64,000 nucleotides of DNA from Candidatus Allofournierella merdigallinarum (GTDB taxonomy: Bacteria > Bacillota > Clostridia > Oscillospirales > Ruminococcaceae), in assembly GCA_019117205.1 (NCBI GenBank), contig DXAC01000024.1, positions 1,114-65,113 of the forward strand, in the 5' to 3' direction. The position numbers were made by a program, and so were the translations under genes. The notes beneath the pieces are model-generated. The model ran no database searches, was not told where the DNA came from, and saw only the letters and a list, made by a program, of their open reading frames with translations. Shown here piece after piece: positions 53,431-64,000 of the stretch. How positions within the stretch are numbered: the stretch's first letter is position 1; the number at the start of each line of letters is the position of its first letter.

Positions 53431-56400
53431 ATGGTACTGAAAGAACTGGAGATACAGGGGTTCAAGAGCTTCCCCGACCGCACCCGGGTCAGGTTCGACC
53501 GGGGCATCACCGCCGTGGTGGGGCCCAACGGGTCGGGCAAGAGCAACATATCCGACGCCATCCGCTGGGTGCTGGGGGAGACCAGCTCCAAGCAGCTGCG
53601 GGGCGCGGGCAAGATGGAGGACGTCATCTTCGGCGGCACCCAGCAGCGCAGCGCCATGGGCTACGCCATGGTCAACCTGACCCTGGACAACTCAGACCGC
53701 CGCCTGGAGGTGGACGCGGACGAGGTGGTCATCGGCCGCAAGTACTACCGCTCGGGCGAGAGCGAGTACTCCATCAACGGCCAGAACGTGCGCTTAAAGG
53801 ACGTGTACGAGCTGTTTTTGGACACCGGCCTTGGCCGGGACGGCTACTCCATCGTCAGTCAGGGCCGTGTGGCCGAGATCGTGGGCGCCAAAAGCGCCGA
53901 GCGGCGGGAGATCTTCGAGGAGGCCAGCGGCATCGCCAAATACCGCTACCGGAAAAACGAGGCCGAGCGCCGGCTGGCGGGCGCGGAGGACAACCTCACC
54001 CGCCTGCGGGACATCCTGGGCGAGCTGGAGAGCCGGGTGGGCCCGCTGAAGCGGGAGAGCGAAAAGGCCGCCCGCTTTCTGGAGCTCAGTGAAACGCGCA
54101 AGGAGCTGGAGGTCACCCTCTGGGTGGACGGGGTGCGCCGGGCCAAGGAGACGGTGCGCGCCCAGCAGCGCCAGTATGAGACCGCCCAGGCGGACTACGA
54201 CTCCCTGTCCGCCGAGATCGAGGCCATCGACGCCGAGACCGAGGCCGTGCAGGCGGAGATGCAGCGACTGATGGTGGAGGTGGAGCGGCGCAACGCCGCC
54301 ATCCGGGCCATCACCGAGGAGCAGGCGGGCAGCGACAGCCAGCTGGCGGTGCTGCAAAACGACATCGACCACAACAACGCCTCCATCCAGAGCCTGACAC
54401 AGGAGATCGACGCCGCCAGCGCCGGCAAAGAGGGCATCGCCGCCGAGATCGCCGCCCATCGGGAGGCCATCCGGGCGCTGGAAGAGAAGATAGCCGGGCT
54501 GGACGCCGACGCCGCCCGGCTGGAGGAGGAGCTGGCCGACCTGCAGACCCAAAGCGCCGCCACCGGCGAGCGCCGGGGCGCGGTGGCCGGCCTGCTGGCC
54601 CAGCTCACCGCCCGCCAGACCGACGCGAAAGTGCGCGCCGCCGGCTGTGAGAGCGCCGCCGCGGCCGCGGCCGAGCGGCTGGAGGCCCTGGCCGCCGAGC
54701 GGCAAAAGGACACGGCCGCCCTGGCCGCTCTGCAGGCGGAGGCCCAGGACACCGCCGCCTACCTGGCCACGGTGAACGAGACGCTGGCCCGGCTGGAAAA
54801 CGTGCAAAAGGGCCTGCAAATGAAGCTGGCCAGCCGCCAGAAGCAGCTGGACGAGGCGGACGCCGCCGAGCAGCAGCTGGCCCGCCAGCGGGAGGCCGCC
54901 GCCCAGCGGCTGCAGGTGCTGGAAGACCTGGAGCGGAACATGGACGGCTACCAGCAGAGCGTCAAGGCCGTTATGCGGGCGGCGCAAAACCGCCGCCTGC
55001 GGGGCATTTTGGGCACGGTGAGCGGCATCCTCACGGTGGAGCCGGGCTACGAGCTGGCCATCGAGACGGCGCTGGGCTTTGCTTTGCAGAACATCGTGGT
55101 GGACGGCGAAGCCGCCGCCAAGGCCGCCATCGCCTTTTTGCGGGACGAAAAGGCGGGCCGGGCCACCTTTTTGCCGCTGGACACCGTCAAGGGCACCCGG
55201 CTGGACGCCTCGCGCCTGTCCGGCAGCGCCCGGGTGGCGGCTGATCTGGTGAAGTGCGACGGAAAATACGACCAGATCGTGGCAAATCTGCTGGGCCGCA
55301 TCATCGTGGTGGACGAGATCAACGAGGCCTCCCGGGTGGCCCGCAGCCTCGACTGGCGCAACCGGGTGGTCACGGTGGACGGCCAGGTCATCAACGCCGG
55401 CGGCTCGTTCACCGGCGGCTCCACCAGCCGGTCGGCGGGGCTGTTCAGCCGCCGCCAGGAGATGGAGGAGCTGAAAAAGCGCATCGGGGCGCTGGAGAAA
55501 AAGCTGGACGCCGCCGCCGGGGCCACCGACAAATGGAAAGGGGAGGTGGACGCGCTGAACGCCCAGCTCACCGCCGCGTCCAGCGAGGGCATCACCGCCG
55601 GCGGCGACAAGATCCGCGCCGAGGCGGAGGCGGGCCGCATCGAGACGGCCCGCAGCCAGGCCGAGGCCGCCGCCGCCCTGCACGCCGCCGAGGCCGAGAC
55701 CCTTGCCGCCCAGCTGGAAAACAGCCGGGCCGAGGGCGCCGGGGCCGCCGCCGAGGAGGCGCGCCTTGCCGCCGAGATCGAAAAGCTGGAGGCGGAGCTG
55801 GCCCGGCTGTCCGGCAGCGACGACAGCTTCCTGGCCACCCGGGCCCGCCTTTCGGACGAGCTGTCCGCCGTGCGGATGCAGCGGCTGGAGGCCCAGAAAG
55901 ACAGCGACCTGCACGCCGCCGCCGCCGCCACCCTGGAGAACCGCTCGGGCGAGAGCGACGAGCGTGGCCGCACCCTGCGGGAGAACATCGCCCGGCTCCA
56001 GGCGCTGAACGAGCAGAACCGGGAGAAGATGGCCGCGGTGCGCCTGCAAAAACAGGACGCCGCCGGCCGCATCGCCGCCGAGGAGGAAAAGATCGCCGCC
56101 GCCAGCGCCCTGCGGATGGAAAAGGAGGGCGAGGTGAGCCAGAAGACCCAGCGGGTGCGGGCCATCACCGACCAGCGGGAGAAGATGAGCCAGGAGATGG
56201 CTCGCCTGGCCGAGCGCAAGGCCGCCGCCGAGGTGGAGTACGACCAGACCATCGCAAAGCTCTGGGAGGAGTACCAGCTCACCATGACCGACGCCCAAGG
56301 CCTGTGCGTGCCGTTCGACTCGGTCACCGAGCTGCGCCGCCAGGTGGGCGAGGTGCGGGGCAAGATCCGGGCGCTGGGCAACGTGAACGTGGCCGCCATC

Positions 56401-56991
56401 GACGAGTACAAAGAGGTGAGCAGCCGGTACGAGTTTTTGAACGCCCAGGTGCGGGACGTGGAAAAGAGCAAAGCGGAGCTGACGCGGATGATCGGCGAGC
56501 TCTCGGGGGAGATGAAGACCATCTTCACCGACAGCTTCAAGCAGATCAACGGCCACTTCGGGCGCATCTTCAACGCCCTGTTCGGGGGCGGCTCCGCCAG
56601 TCTCTCTCTGTCCGACCCGGAGAACGTGCTGGAGAGCGGCATCGAGATCCAGGTGGCTCCTCCGGGCAAGGTCATCAAGAACCTGTCCGCCCTGTCGGGC
56701 GGCGAGCAGGCGCTGGTGGCCATCAGCATCTACTTTGCCATCCTGGCGGTGAACCCGGCGCCGTTCTGCGTGCTGGACGAGATCGAGGCCGCCCTGGACG
56801 ACGTGAACGTGGTGCGCTACGCCCAGTACCTGCGGCGCATCTGCGACGCCACCCAGTTCATCGTCATCACCCACCGGCGGGGCACCATGGAGGCGGCCGA
56901 CGTGCTCTACGGCGTCACCATGCAGGAGGACGGCGTCTCCAAACTGCTGCGGCTGGACCTGGACCAGGTGGACGCCTCGCTGGTGTCCTGA
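53431..56991 (+). CDS. smc: Chromosome partition protein Smc
   Basis: 1186 aa. Walker A 'GPNGSGKSN', long coiled-coils flanking a hinge ('GYELAIETALG'), signature 'LSGGEQALVA', Walker B 'FCVLDEIEAALD'. Confidence 0.95.
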   Translation: MVLKELEIQGFKSFPDRTRVRFDRGITAVVGPNGSGKSNISDAIRWVLGETSSKQLRGAGKMEDVIFGGTQQRSAMGYAMVNLTLDNSDRRLEVDADEVVIGRKYYRSGESEYSINGQNVRLKDVYELFLDTGLGRDGYSIVSQGRVAEIVGAKSAERREIFEEASGIAKYRYRKNEAERRLAGAEDNLTRLRDILGELESRVGPLKRESEKAARFLELSETRKELEVTLWVDGVRRAKETVRAQQRQYETAQADYDSLSAEIEAIDAETEAVQAEMQRLMVEVERRNAAIRAITEEQAGSDSQLAVLQNDIDHNNASIQSLTQEIDAASAGKEGIAAEIAAHREAIRALEEKIAGLDADAARLEEELADLQTQSAATGERRGAVAGLLAQLTARQTDAKVRAAGCESAAAAAAERLEALAAERQKDTAALAALQAEAQDTAAYLATVNETLARLENVQKGLQMKLASRQKQLDEADAAEQQLARQREAAAQRLQVLEDLERNMDGYQQSVKAVMRAAQNRRLRGILGTVSGILTVEPGYELAIETALGFALQNIVVDGEAAAKAAIAFLRDEKAGRATFLPLDTVKGTRLDASRLSGSARVAADLVKCDGKYDQIVANLLGRIIVVDEINEASRVARSLDWRNRVVTVDGQVINAGGSFTGGSTSRSAGLFSRRQEMEELKKRIGALEKKLDAAAGATDKWKGEVDALNAQLTAASSEGITAGGDKIRAEAEAGRIETARSQAEAAAALHAAEAETLAAQLENSRAEGAGAAAEEARLAAEIEKLEAELARLSGSDDSFLATRARLSDELSAVRMQRLEAQKDSDLHAAAAATLENRSGESDERGRTLRENIARLQALNEQNREKMAAVRLQKQDAAGRIAAEEEKIAAASALRMEKEGEVSQKTQRVRAITDQREKMSQEMARLAERKAAAEVEYDQTIAKLWEEYQLTMTDAQGLCVPFDSVTELRRQVGEVRGKIRALGNVNVAAIDEYKEVSSRYEFLNAQVRDVEKSKAELTRMIGELSGEMKTIFTDSFKQINGHFGRIFNALFGGGSASLSLSDPENVLESGIEIQVAPPGKVIKNLSALSGGEQALVAISIYFAILAVNPAPFCVLDEIEAALDDVNVVRYAQYLRRICDATQFIVITHRRGTMEAADVLYGVTMQEDGVSKLLRLDLDQVDASLVS

Positions 56992-57094
56992 GGGGAAAAC
57001 TTTTCGCTTTTTTGCAAGAAAACGCGGCCCTGGGCCGTATTGTATACGGATCGCCCGCCTTTTGGCGGAAAAACACCAAACGAGGAGAGACACC

Positions 57095-58012
57095 ATGGGA
57101 CTTTTCAGCCGCAGAGAAAAACTGGACGAGGGCCTTTCCAAGACCCGCCGGGGCTTTTTCGCCGGTATCCTGGATATGATGAACGCCGGCAGCATCGACG
57201 ACAGCTTCTACGACGACCTGGAGGAGCAGCTCATCCTGGCGGACGCTGGCGCGGACGAGGCCGTCCGGCTGGTGGAGGCGCTGCGGGAGCGGGTGCGCCG
57301 CGAGCGCATCAAGACCGCCGCCGACGCCCTGGCCGCCCTGAAAGAGATCATCGTGGGCGAGCTGGAAGCGGAGCGGCCCATGGACCTGTCCGGCCGCCCG
57401 GCGGTGATCCTGGTCATCGGGGTCAACGGGGTGGGCAAGACCACCAGCATCGCCAAGCTGGCCAAGCTCTACACCGACCAGGGCAAAAGCGTGCTGCTGG
57501 CCGCCGGCGACACGTTCCGGGCCGCCGCCTCCGAGCAGCTGTCCATCTGGGCCGACCGGGTGGGGGTGCCCGTCATCCGCCACGGCGAGGGGGCGGACCC
57601 CGCCGCCGTGGTGTTCGACGCGGTGCAGTCCGCCGCCGCCAAGGGCACCGACCTGGTCATCTGCGACACCGCCGGCCGCCTGCACACCAAGCACAACCTG
57701 ATGGCGGAGCTGGCCAAGATCCGCCGCAGCGTGGAAAAGGCCTGCCCCGCCGCCAGCGTGGAGACCCTGCTGGTGCTGGACGCCATCACCGGCCAGAACG
57801 CCATCAGCCAGGCCGCCCAGTTCATCGAGGCCGCCGGCGCCAGCGGCATCATCCTCACCAAGCTGGACGGCACCGCCAAGGGCGGTTCGGTGATCAGCGT
57901 CAAGCAGAAGCTGGGCCTGCCGGTGCGCTTCGTGGGGGTGGGCGAGGGCATGGACGACCTGATGGAGTTCTCCGCCCGCGACTTCGCCGAGGCCCTGTTC
58001 GCCGAACACTGA
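57095..58012 (+). CDS. ftsY: Signal recognition particle receptor FtsY
   Basis: '[15 protein letters not shown]', 'DTAGRLH', '[10 protein letters not shown]'. The GAGGAGAG SD fits the ATG at 57095. Confidence 0.93.
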   Translation: MGLFSRREKLDEGLSKTRRGFFAGILDMMNAGSIDDSFYDDLEEQLILADAGADEAVRLVEALRERVRRERIKTAADALAALKEIIVGELEAERPMDLSGRPAVILVIGVNGVGKTTSIAKLAKLYTDQGKSVLLAAGDTFRAAASEQLSIWADRVGVPVIRHGEGADPAAVVFDAVQSAAAKGTDLVICDTAGRLHTKHNLMAELAKIRRSVEKACPAASVETLLVLDAITGQNAISQAAQFIEAAGASGIILTKLDGTAKGGSVISVKQKLGLPVRFVGVGEGMDDLMEFSARDFAEALFAEH

Positions 58013-58026
58013 AAAGGAGAAACGAT

Positions 58027-58758
58027 ATGCTCATCTGCGCCGCCACCGGCAACGCCGGAAAACTCAAGGAGATCCGCCGCATCCTGGAAGCCCAGGGCCA
58101 CACGGTGAAAAGCCAGAAAGAACTGGGCATCGCCCTGGAGCCGGAGGAGACCGGCGCTACCTTTGCCGAAAACGCCCTGATCAAAGCCCGGGCCATCTGC
58201 CTTGCCAGCGGCCTGCCCACCCTGGCCGACGACTCCGGCCTTGCGGTGGAGGCGCTGAACGGCGCGCCGGGGGTGTACTCCGCCCGCTACTGCGGCCGCC
58301 ACGGCGACGACGAGGCCAACAACGACAAGCTGCTGGCCGCCCTCGCCGGCGTGGAGCAGGGCCGCCGCACGGCCGAATTCGTCAGCGCCGTCTGCCTGTA
58401 CCTGCCCGACGGACGGCAGCTCACGGTGCTGGGCGAGTGCCCGGGCCGGGTGGGCTTTGCCCGGGCGGGGACAAACGGCTTTGGCTACGACCCTCTGTTC
58501 ATCCCCGACGAGGTGGGCCTTGCGGGAGGCGGCAAGGCCCCCAACGCCGAAAGCCGCAGCTACGCCCAGCTGGAAGACTGGGAAAAGGACGCCATCAGCC
58601 ACCGGGGGGTGGCTATGGCCAAACTGGACAAGGAACTGCCCGCCTTTTTGGCGGCGGGGCCGGGCGCGGGCGCGCCCATCACCGCCGTGGAGAAGAGCCT
58701 GGGCTTCGAGCGCAACGAAAAGCGGGACGGCGACCGGCTCACCCGCGCGCTGCGCTGA
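58027..58758 (+). CDS. rdgB: Non-canonical purine NTP pyrophosphatase (RdgB/HAM1 family) with C-terminal extension
   Basis: '[10 protein letters not shown]', '[14 protein letters not shown]', '[22 protein letters not shown]', 'GFGYDPLF', 'ISHRG', plus a ~45-aa tail with no family recognised. Confidence 0.85.
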   Translation: MLICAATGNAGKLKEIRRILEAQGHTVKSQKELGIALEPEETGATFAENALIKARAICLASGLPTLADDSGLAVEALNGAPGVYSARYCGRHGDDEANNDKLLAALAGVEQGRRTAEFVSAVCLYLPDGRQLTVLGECPGRVGFARAGTNGFGYDPLFIPDEVGLAGGGKAPNAESRSYAQLEDWEKDAISHRGVAMAKLDKELPAFLAAGPGAGAPITAVEKSLGFERNEKRDGDRLTRALR

Positions 58759-58780
58759 ACAACAACAAAGGAGATCCATT

Positions 58781-59077
58781 ATGCTGACAAGCAAACAACG
58801 GGCGGCGCTTCGCAAGGCCGCCAACGGGCTGGACCCGGTGTTCCAGGTGGGCAAGGGGGAGATCGACGAGACCCTGATCAAGTCCACCGCCGACTGCCTG
58901 GCCGCCCGGGAGCTCATCAAGATGAAAGTGCTGGAGACCAGCCTTTACTCCGCCCGGGAGGCCGCCGAGCGGCTGGCGGAGGAGACCGGCGCCGAGGTGG
59001 TGCAGGTCATCGGCTCCAAATTCGTGCTCTTTCTCAAAAAGAAAAAGGAGAGCCGCTTCGACGACCTGCTGAAGTGA
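58781..59077 (+). CDS. yhbY: RNA-binding protein YhbY (CRM/CRS1_YhbY domain)
   Basis: '[49 protein letters not shown]'. Confidence 0.8.
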   Translation: MLTSKQRAALRKAANGLDPVFQVGKGEIDETLIKSTADCLAARELIKMKVLETSLYSAREAAERLAEETGAEVVQVIGSKFVLFLKKKKESRFDDLLK

Positions 59078-59100
59078 CGAGCCAGAAAGGAGCGCGTGCC

Positions 59101-59706
59101 ATGCAGGCACAACAGCGCGGCGAAAGGGTGCTGCTCTTCGGCGGCACTTTCGACCCGCCCCACAACGGCCATGTCCACTTTCTTCAAAGCGCCATTGGGG
59201 CGGCAAAGCCCACCCGGGTGGTGGTGATGCCCGCCTGCCTGCCGCCCCACAAGGCGGCCAGCGCCACCCCGGCGTCCCTGCGCCTTGCCATGTGCGAGTG
59301 CTTTCGGCCCCTGTTCCCGGCGCTGGAGATCAGCGATTGGGAGATACGCCAGGGGGGAAAGAGCTACACCATCGACACGGTGAAGATGCTGGAAGAGAGA
59401 TACCCCGGCGCGGCGGTATATCTCTGCGTGGGCAGCGACATGCTCACCACTTTCACCGAGTGGCGGGCCTGGCGGGAGCTGCTGCGCCGCACGGTGCTGG
59501 TGGCCCAAAGCCGGCAGCCGGGGGACATGCCCGCCCTGCGGGCGGCGGCCCGGGCGCTGGAGGCCCAGGGCGGCAAAGTCCTCTTCACCGACGCGCCCGC
59601 CCTGCCCCTGGCCTCCACCGAGCTGCGCGCCCGCCAAAAGGACTTGTCCTGGGTGCCCGCGGCGGCCCGGCGGGTGATCGAGGAAAATCATTTGTACGAG
59701 AGGTGA
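59101..59706 (+). CDS. nadD: Nicotinate-nucleotide adenylyltransferase
   Basis: 'LLFGGTFDPPHNGH' and 'SSTELR'-like 'ASTELRA'. AAAGGAG SD before the ATG at 59101. Confidence 0.9.
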   Translation: MQAQQRGERVLLFGGTFDPPHNGHVHFLQSAIGAAKPTRVVVMPACLPPHKAASATPASLRLAMCECFRPLFPALEISDWEIRQGGKSYTIDTVKMLEERYPGAAVYLCVGSDMLTTFTEWRAWRELLRRTVLVAQSRQPGDMPALRAAARALEAQGGKVLFTDAPALPLASTELRARQKDLSWVPAAARRVIEENHLYER

Positions 59707-59713
59707 CGGGTCC

Positions 59714-60286
59714 ATGACCTGCAAACAAGCCGAAAAAATGGTGAAAAAGGCCCTTTCCCAAAAGCGCTTCACCCACACCGTCAACGTGAAAAACGAGGCG
59801 GTGGAGATGGCGAAGCGCTTTGGCGCCAGCGAGGAAAAGGCGGCGCTGGCCGCCCTTTTGCACGACGCGGCCAAAGAATTGCCCAAAGACGAATTGTTGC
59901 AGATATTGCGGGAAAATGCTATAATAGCGGGTGACGCTGAAAACAGCCCGCCGCCGGTGTGGCACGGCGTGGCCGCGGCCATTCTGGCCCAGACCCGCTG
60001 GGGCGTGGAGGACCAGGAGGTGCTGGACGCCATCCGGTACCACACCACCGGCCGCCCCGGCATGACCAAACTGGACAAGATCATCTTTTTGAGCGACATG
60101 ATCAGCGCCGAGCGCGACTACCCCGAGGTGGAGGAGCTTCGGCAGCTGGCAAAGCAGGACCTGGACGTTGCGGTGACCGTGGCCCTGCGCTACAACGTGG
60201 AGTGGATGGAAGCTTGCGGCAAGACCATCGACCCGCTGAGCCGGCAGGCGCTGGACGACCTGGAAAAGAGTGTCCCCGCCCGCTGA
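59714..60286 (+). CDS. yqeK: HD-domain bis(5'-nucleosyl)-tetraphosphatase YqeK
   Basis: 'RFTHTVNV', 'ALLHDAAKE', 'IRYHTTGRPGMTKLDKIIFLSDMIS'. Conserved position after nadD. Confidence 0.85.
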   Translation: MTCKQAEKMVKKALSQKRFTHTVNVKNEAVEMAKRFGASEEKAALAALLHDAAKELPKDELLQILRENAIIAGDAENSPPPVWHGVAAAILAQTRWGVEDQEVLDAIRYHTTGRPGMTKLDKIIFLSDMISAERDYPEVEELRQLAKQDLDVAVTVALRYNVEWMEACGKTIDPLSRQALDDLEKSVPAR

Positions 60287-60307
60287 ATAACGGAGGTTTG
60301 CCCCAAA

Positions 60308-61588
60308 ATGAACGAATCCAACCGATCCAGAAAACTCAACACGTCCGGCGCCGCCCACGGCGGCGCATCGTCCCATTCCGGCGCGTCCGGCTCCACCGGG
60401 CGCAAGATCAACCGCAGCGGCGCTTCTTCCGCCGGCGCTTCCCGCGCCGCCTACCACGCCCCGGCCCCCGCGCCCGCCCGCCCGGCCCCCCGGCCCGCTT
60501 CCGGCGGCTCCTCCGCCCACGGCCCCGCCCCCCGGCGCAGAAAGAAAAAGCGCAGTGTGCTCAAAGGGGTGCTCATCGGCTTCGGCTGCCTCTTCGCCGT
60601 GCTGGCGGTGGGCCTGTTCGGCATCTACCAGTGGGTGGTGCACTCCATCAGCCCCGAGGGCGGCAACCCCACCATCAACGAGATCATCAACACCCCCACC
60701 GAGTACAAGGGGGACGTGGTGAACGTGCTGGTGTGCGGCATCGACTACGAGGAGGGCCGCGCCTACTCCGGCGACGGCTCCAACGACGGCATGACCGACA
60801 TGATCATGTATGTCAATTTTGACGTTGCCAACCACAAGATCAACATGCTCCAGATCCCCCGCGACACCTACCCCGGCGAGGAGTACAAGCACGGCAACAC
60901 CGGCAAGATCAACGCCGTTGCCCTGCACAACGACGGCATCGGCAGCCTGATGGAACTGATCTACGAGCAGTACAAGCTGCCGGTGGACTACTACGTCACC
61001 ATCGACATGCAGAGCCTCAAGGAGATCGTGGACCTGTTCGGCGGCATCGAGGTGTACATCCCCAAGGACATCTCCTACAAGGGCAGCACCCTGGAGCAGG
61101 GCTACCGCAACCTGAACGGCGAGGCTGCCGAGTTCTTCGTGCGCAACCGCAACTACGCCCAGGCGGACATTGCCCGGCTGGACATGCAGCGCTACTTCTA
61201 CCAGGGCCTGTTCTCCCGCATCCGCACCGCCACCGTCTGGGACCTGGCAAAGCTGGCCCCGGTGGCTCTCAAGTATGTGGAGACCAACATCCCCATGGAC
61301 CAGCTCATCAGCATGGGCGTGAGCTTTTTAAAGGTGGACAGCGCCAACATCATGATGTGCAAGCTGCCCACCTACTCCGCCGCCGAGCGCTACAACGACC
61401 TGTCCATCCTGATCTGCGACGGGGCCAAGACCACCGACCTGCTGAACCAGTACTTCCGCACCTACGGCGGCCCGGTGGATGAACTGGATGTGCCCACCCG
61501 GGCCACGGTGGGCGAGTCCACCGACCCCAACGTGCAGTATATGGGCCAGCTGGACACCGAAGTGGAAACCGCCCAAACCGGCGGCTGA
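60308..61588 (+). CDS. LytR-CpsA-Psr (LCP) family protein with long low-complexity cytoplasmic tail
   Basis: ~85-aa S/G/A/P-rich N-terminus, one TM segment, then the LCP core 'NVLVCGIDYEEGR...DMIMYVNFD...NMLQIPRDTY...LNGEAAEFFVRNR'. Confidence 0.85.
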   Translation: MNESNRSRKLNTSGAAHGGASSHSGASGSTGRKINRSGASSAGASRAAYHAPAPAPARPAPRPASGGSSAHGPAPRRRKKKRSVLKGVLIGFGCLFAVLAVGLFGIYQWVVHSISPEGGNPTINEIINTPTEYKGDVVNVLVCGIDYEEGRAYSGDGSNDGMTDMIMYVNFDVANHKINMLQIPRDTYPGEEYKHGNTGKINAVALHNDGIGSLMELIYEQYKLPVDYYVTIDMQSLKEIVDLFGGIEVYIPKDISYKGSTLEQGYRNLNGEAAEFFVRNRNYAQADIARLDMQRYFYQGLFSRIRTATVWDLAKLAPVALKYVETNIPMDQLISMGVSFLKVDSANIMMCKLPTYSAAERYNDLSILICDGAKTTDLLNQYFRTYGGPVDELDVPTRATVGESTDPNVQYMGQLDTEVETAQTGG

Positions 61589-61644
61589 GCCCCTGTGATA
61601 TCATCAACAACAGCCGGCCCGGCGCCGGCGAAAGGAGAACCTGA

Positions 61645-62013
61645 ATGGAAAGTTTGCAGCTGGCCACCGCCATCGCCCGCGTGCTGGACAAGAAAAAGGC
61701 GGGGGAGGTAAAGGTGCTCAAGGTGCGGGATCTCACCGTGCTGGCCGACTACTTTGTCATCGCCACCGGCACATCCACCACCCATGTGAAGAGCCTGGCC
61801 GAGGAGGTGGAGTTCCAGTTGGACCAGCAGGGGGTAAAACCTCTGCGGACCGAGGGCTACGACTCCAAGAACTGGATCCTTTTGGACTATGGCGAGGTCA
61901 TCGTCCATGTGTTCTATCCGGAGGCCCGGCGCTTTTACGACCTGGAGCACCTGTGGGCGGACGCCGAGGAGTGCCAGGTGGAATTTGAGACAAGCGAGAC
62001 CGACGCGCAGTAA
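61645..62013 (+). CDS. rsfS: Ribosome silencing factor RsfS
   Basis: 'KKAGEVKVLKVRDLTVLADYFVIATGTSTTHVKSLA', 'WILLDYGEVIVHVF...RRFYDLEHLW'. Confidence 0.9.
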   Translation: MESLQLATAIARVLDKKKAGEVKVLKVRDLTVLADYFVIATGTSTTHVKSLAEEVEFQLDQQGVKPLRTEGYDSKNWILLDYGEVIVHVFYPEARRFYDLEHLWADAEECQVEFETSETDAQ

Positions 62014-62052
62014 TTGCCGTCCTGAATTTTTGTGTTGTGGAGTTGATGTCAG

Positions 62053-64000
<1,948 letters not shown>

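Noticed and set aside
53794-57195. 1133-aa minus-strand ORF (and the 560-aa and 641-aa off-frame ORFs) over smc
   Set aside because: They are antisense or off-frame to smc, whose Walker A/B, signature and hinge motifs are all intact in the plus frame. Low-complexity translations.

Overview
High-GC (roughly two-thirds G+C by eye, not computed) Firmicutes/Clostridia-type chromosomal segment. It is densely coding: about 57 protein genes, with no rRNA or tRNA genes, CRISPR arrays, transposases, integrases or phage genes recognised. Core housekeeping blocks dominate, in an order typical of spore-forming Clostridia. They are: glycogen catabolism (GH13, glgP); zapA-U32-dut-DUF4321-maf-mreBCD-PBP2-minD-mgsA; nadE; aspS; an AsnC/aminotransferase pair-DUF362-ispE-spoIIR; a LacI/GH30 unit; addBA; infC-rpmI-rplT behind an L20-leader-like attenuator; trmH-dprA-topA-trmFO; plsX-rnc-smc-ftsY; and rdgB-yhbY-nadD-yqeK-LCP-rsfS-leuS. 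Many ORF-track entries, including ones of 1000-2100 aa, are stop-codon-poor antisense or off-frame artefacts of the GC bias and were rejected. I see no clear-cut defence island or mobile element. The best candidates for uncharacterised biology are four. (i) A tightly packed minus-strand operon made only of unknown-function families (ACT/UPF0237, UPF0210, DUF2752, and a zinc-ribbon/Pro-rich/DUF4234 membrane protein), with a second DUF4234 paralogue on the other side of aspS. (ii) A small two-gene cassette that looks autoregulated (RHH-like/DUF1413-like protein plus a very acidic 99-aa protein), with an unusual ~84-nt three-tier hairpin just upstream of its promoter. (iii) An orphan MinD lacking its membrane-targeting helix and its MinC/MinE partners. 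(iv) A U32 'peptidase' with an intact CX6CX15CX3C Fe-S motif, translationally coupled to zapA. All functional calls rest on motif recognition by eye; none was verified by a database search.
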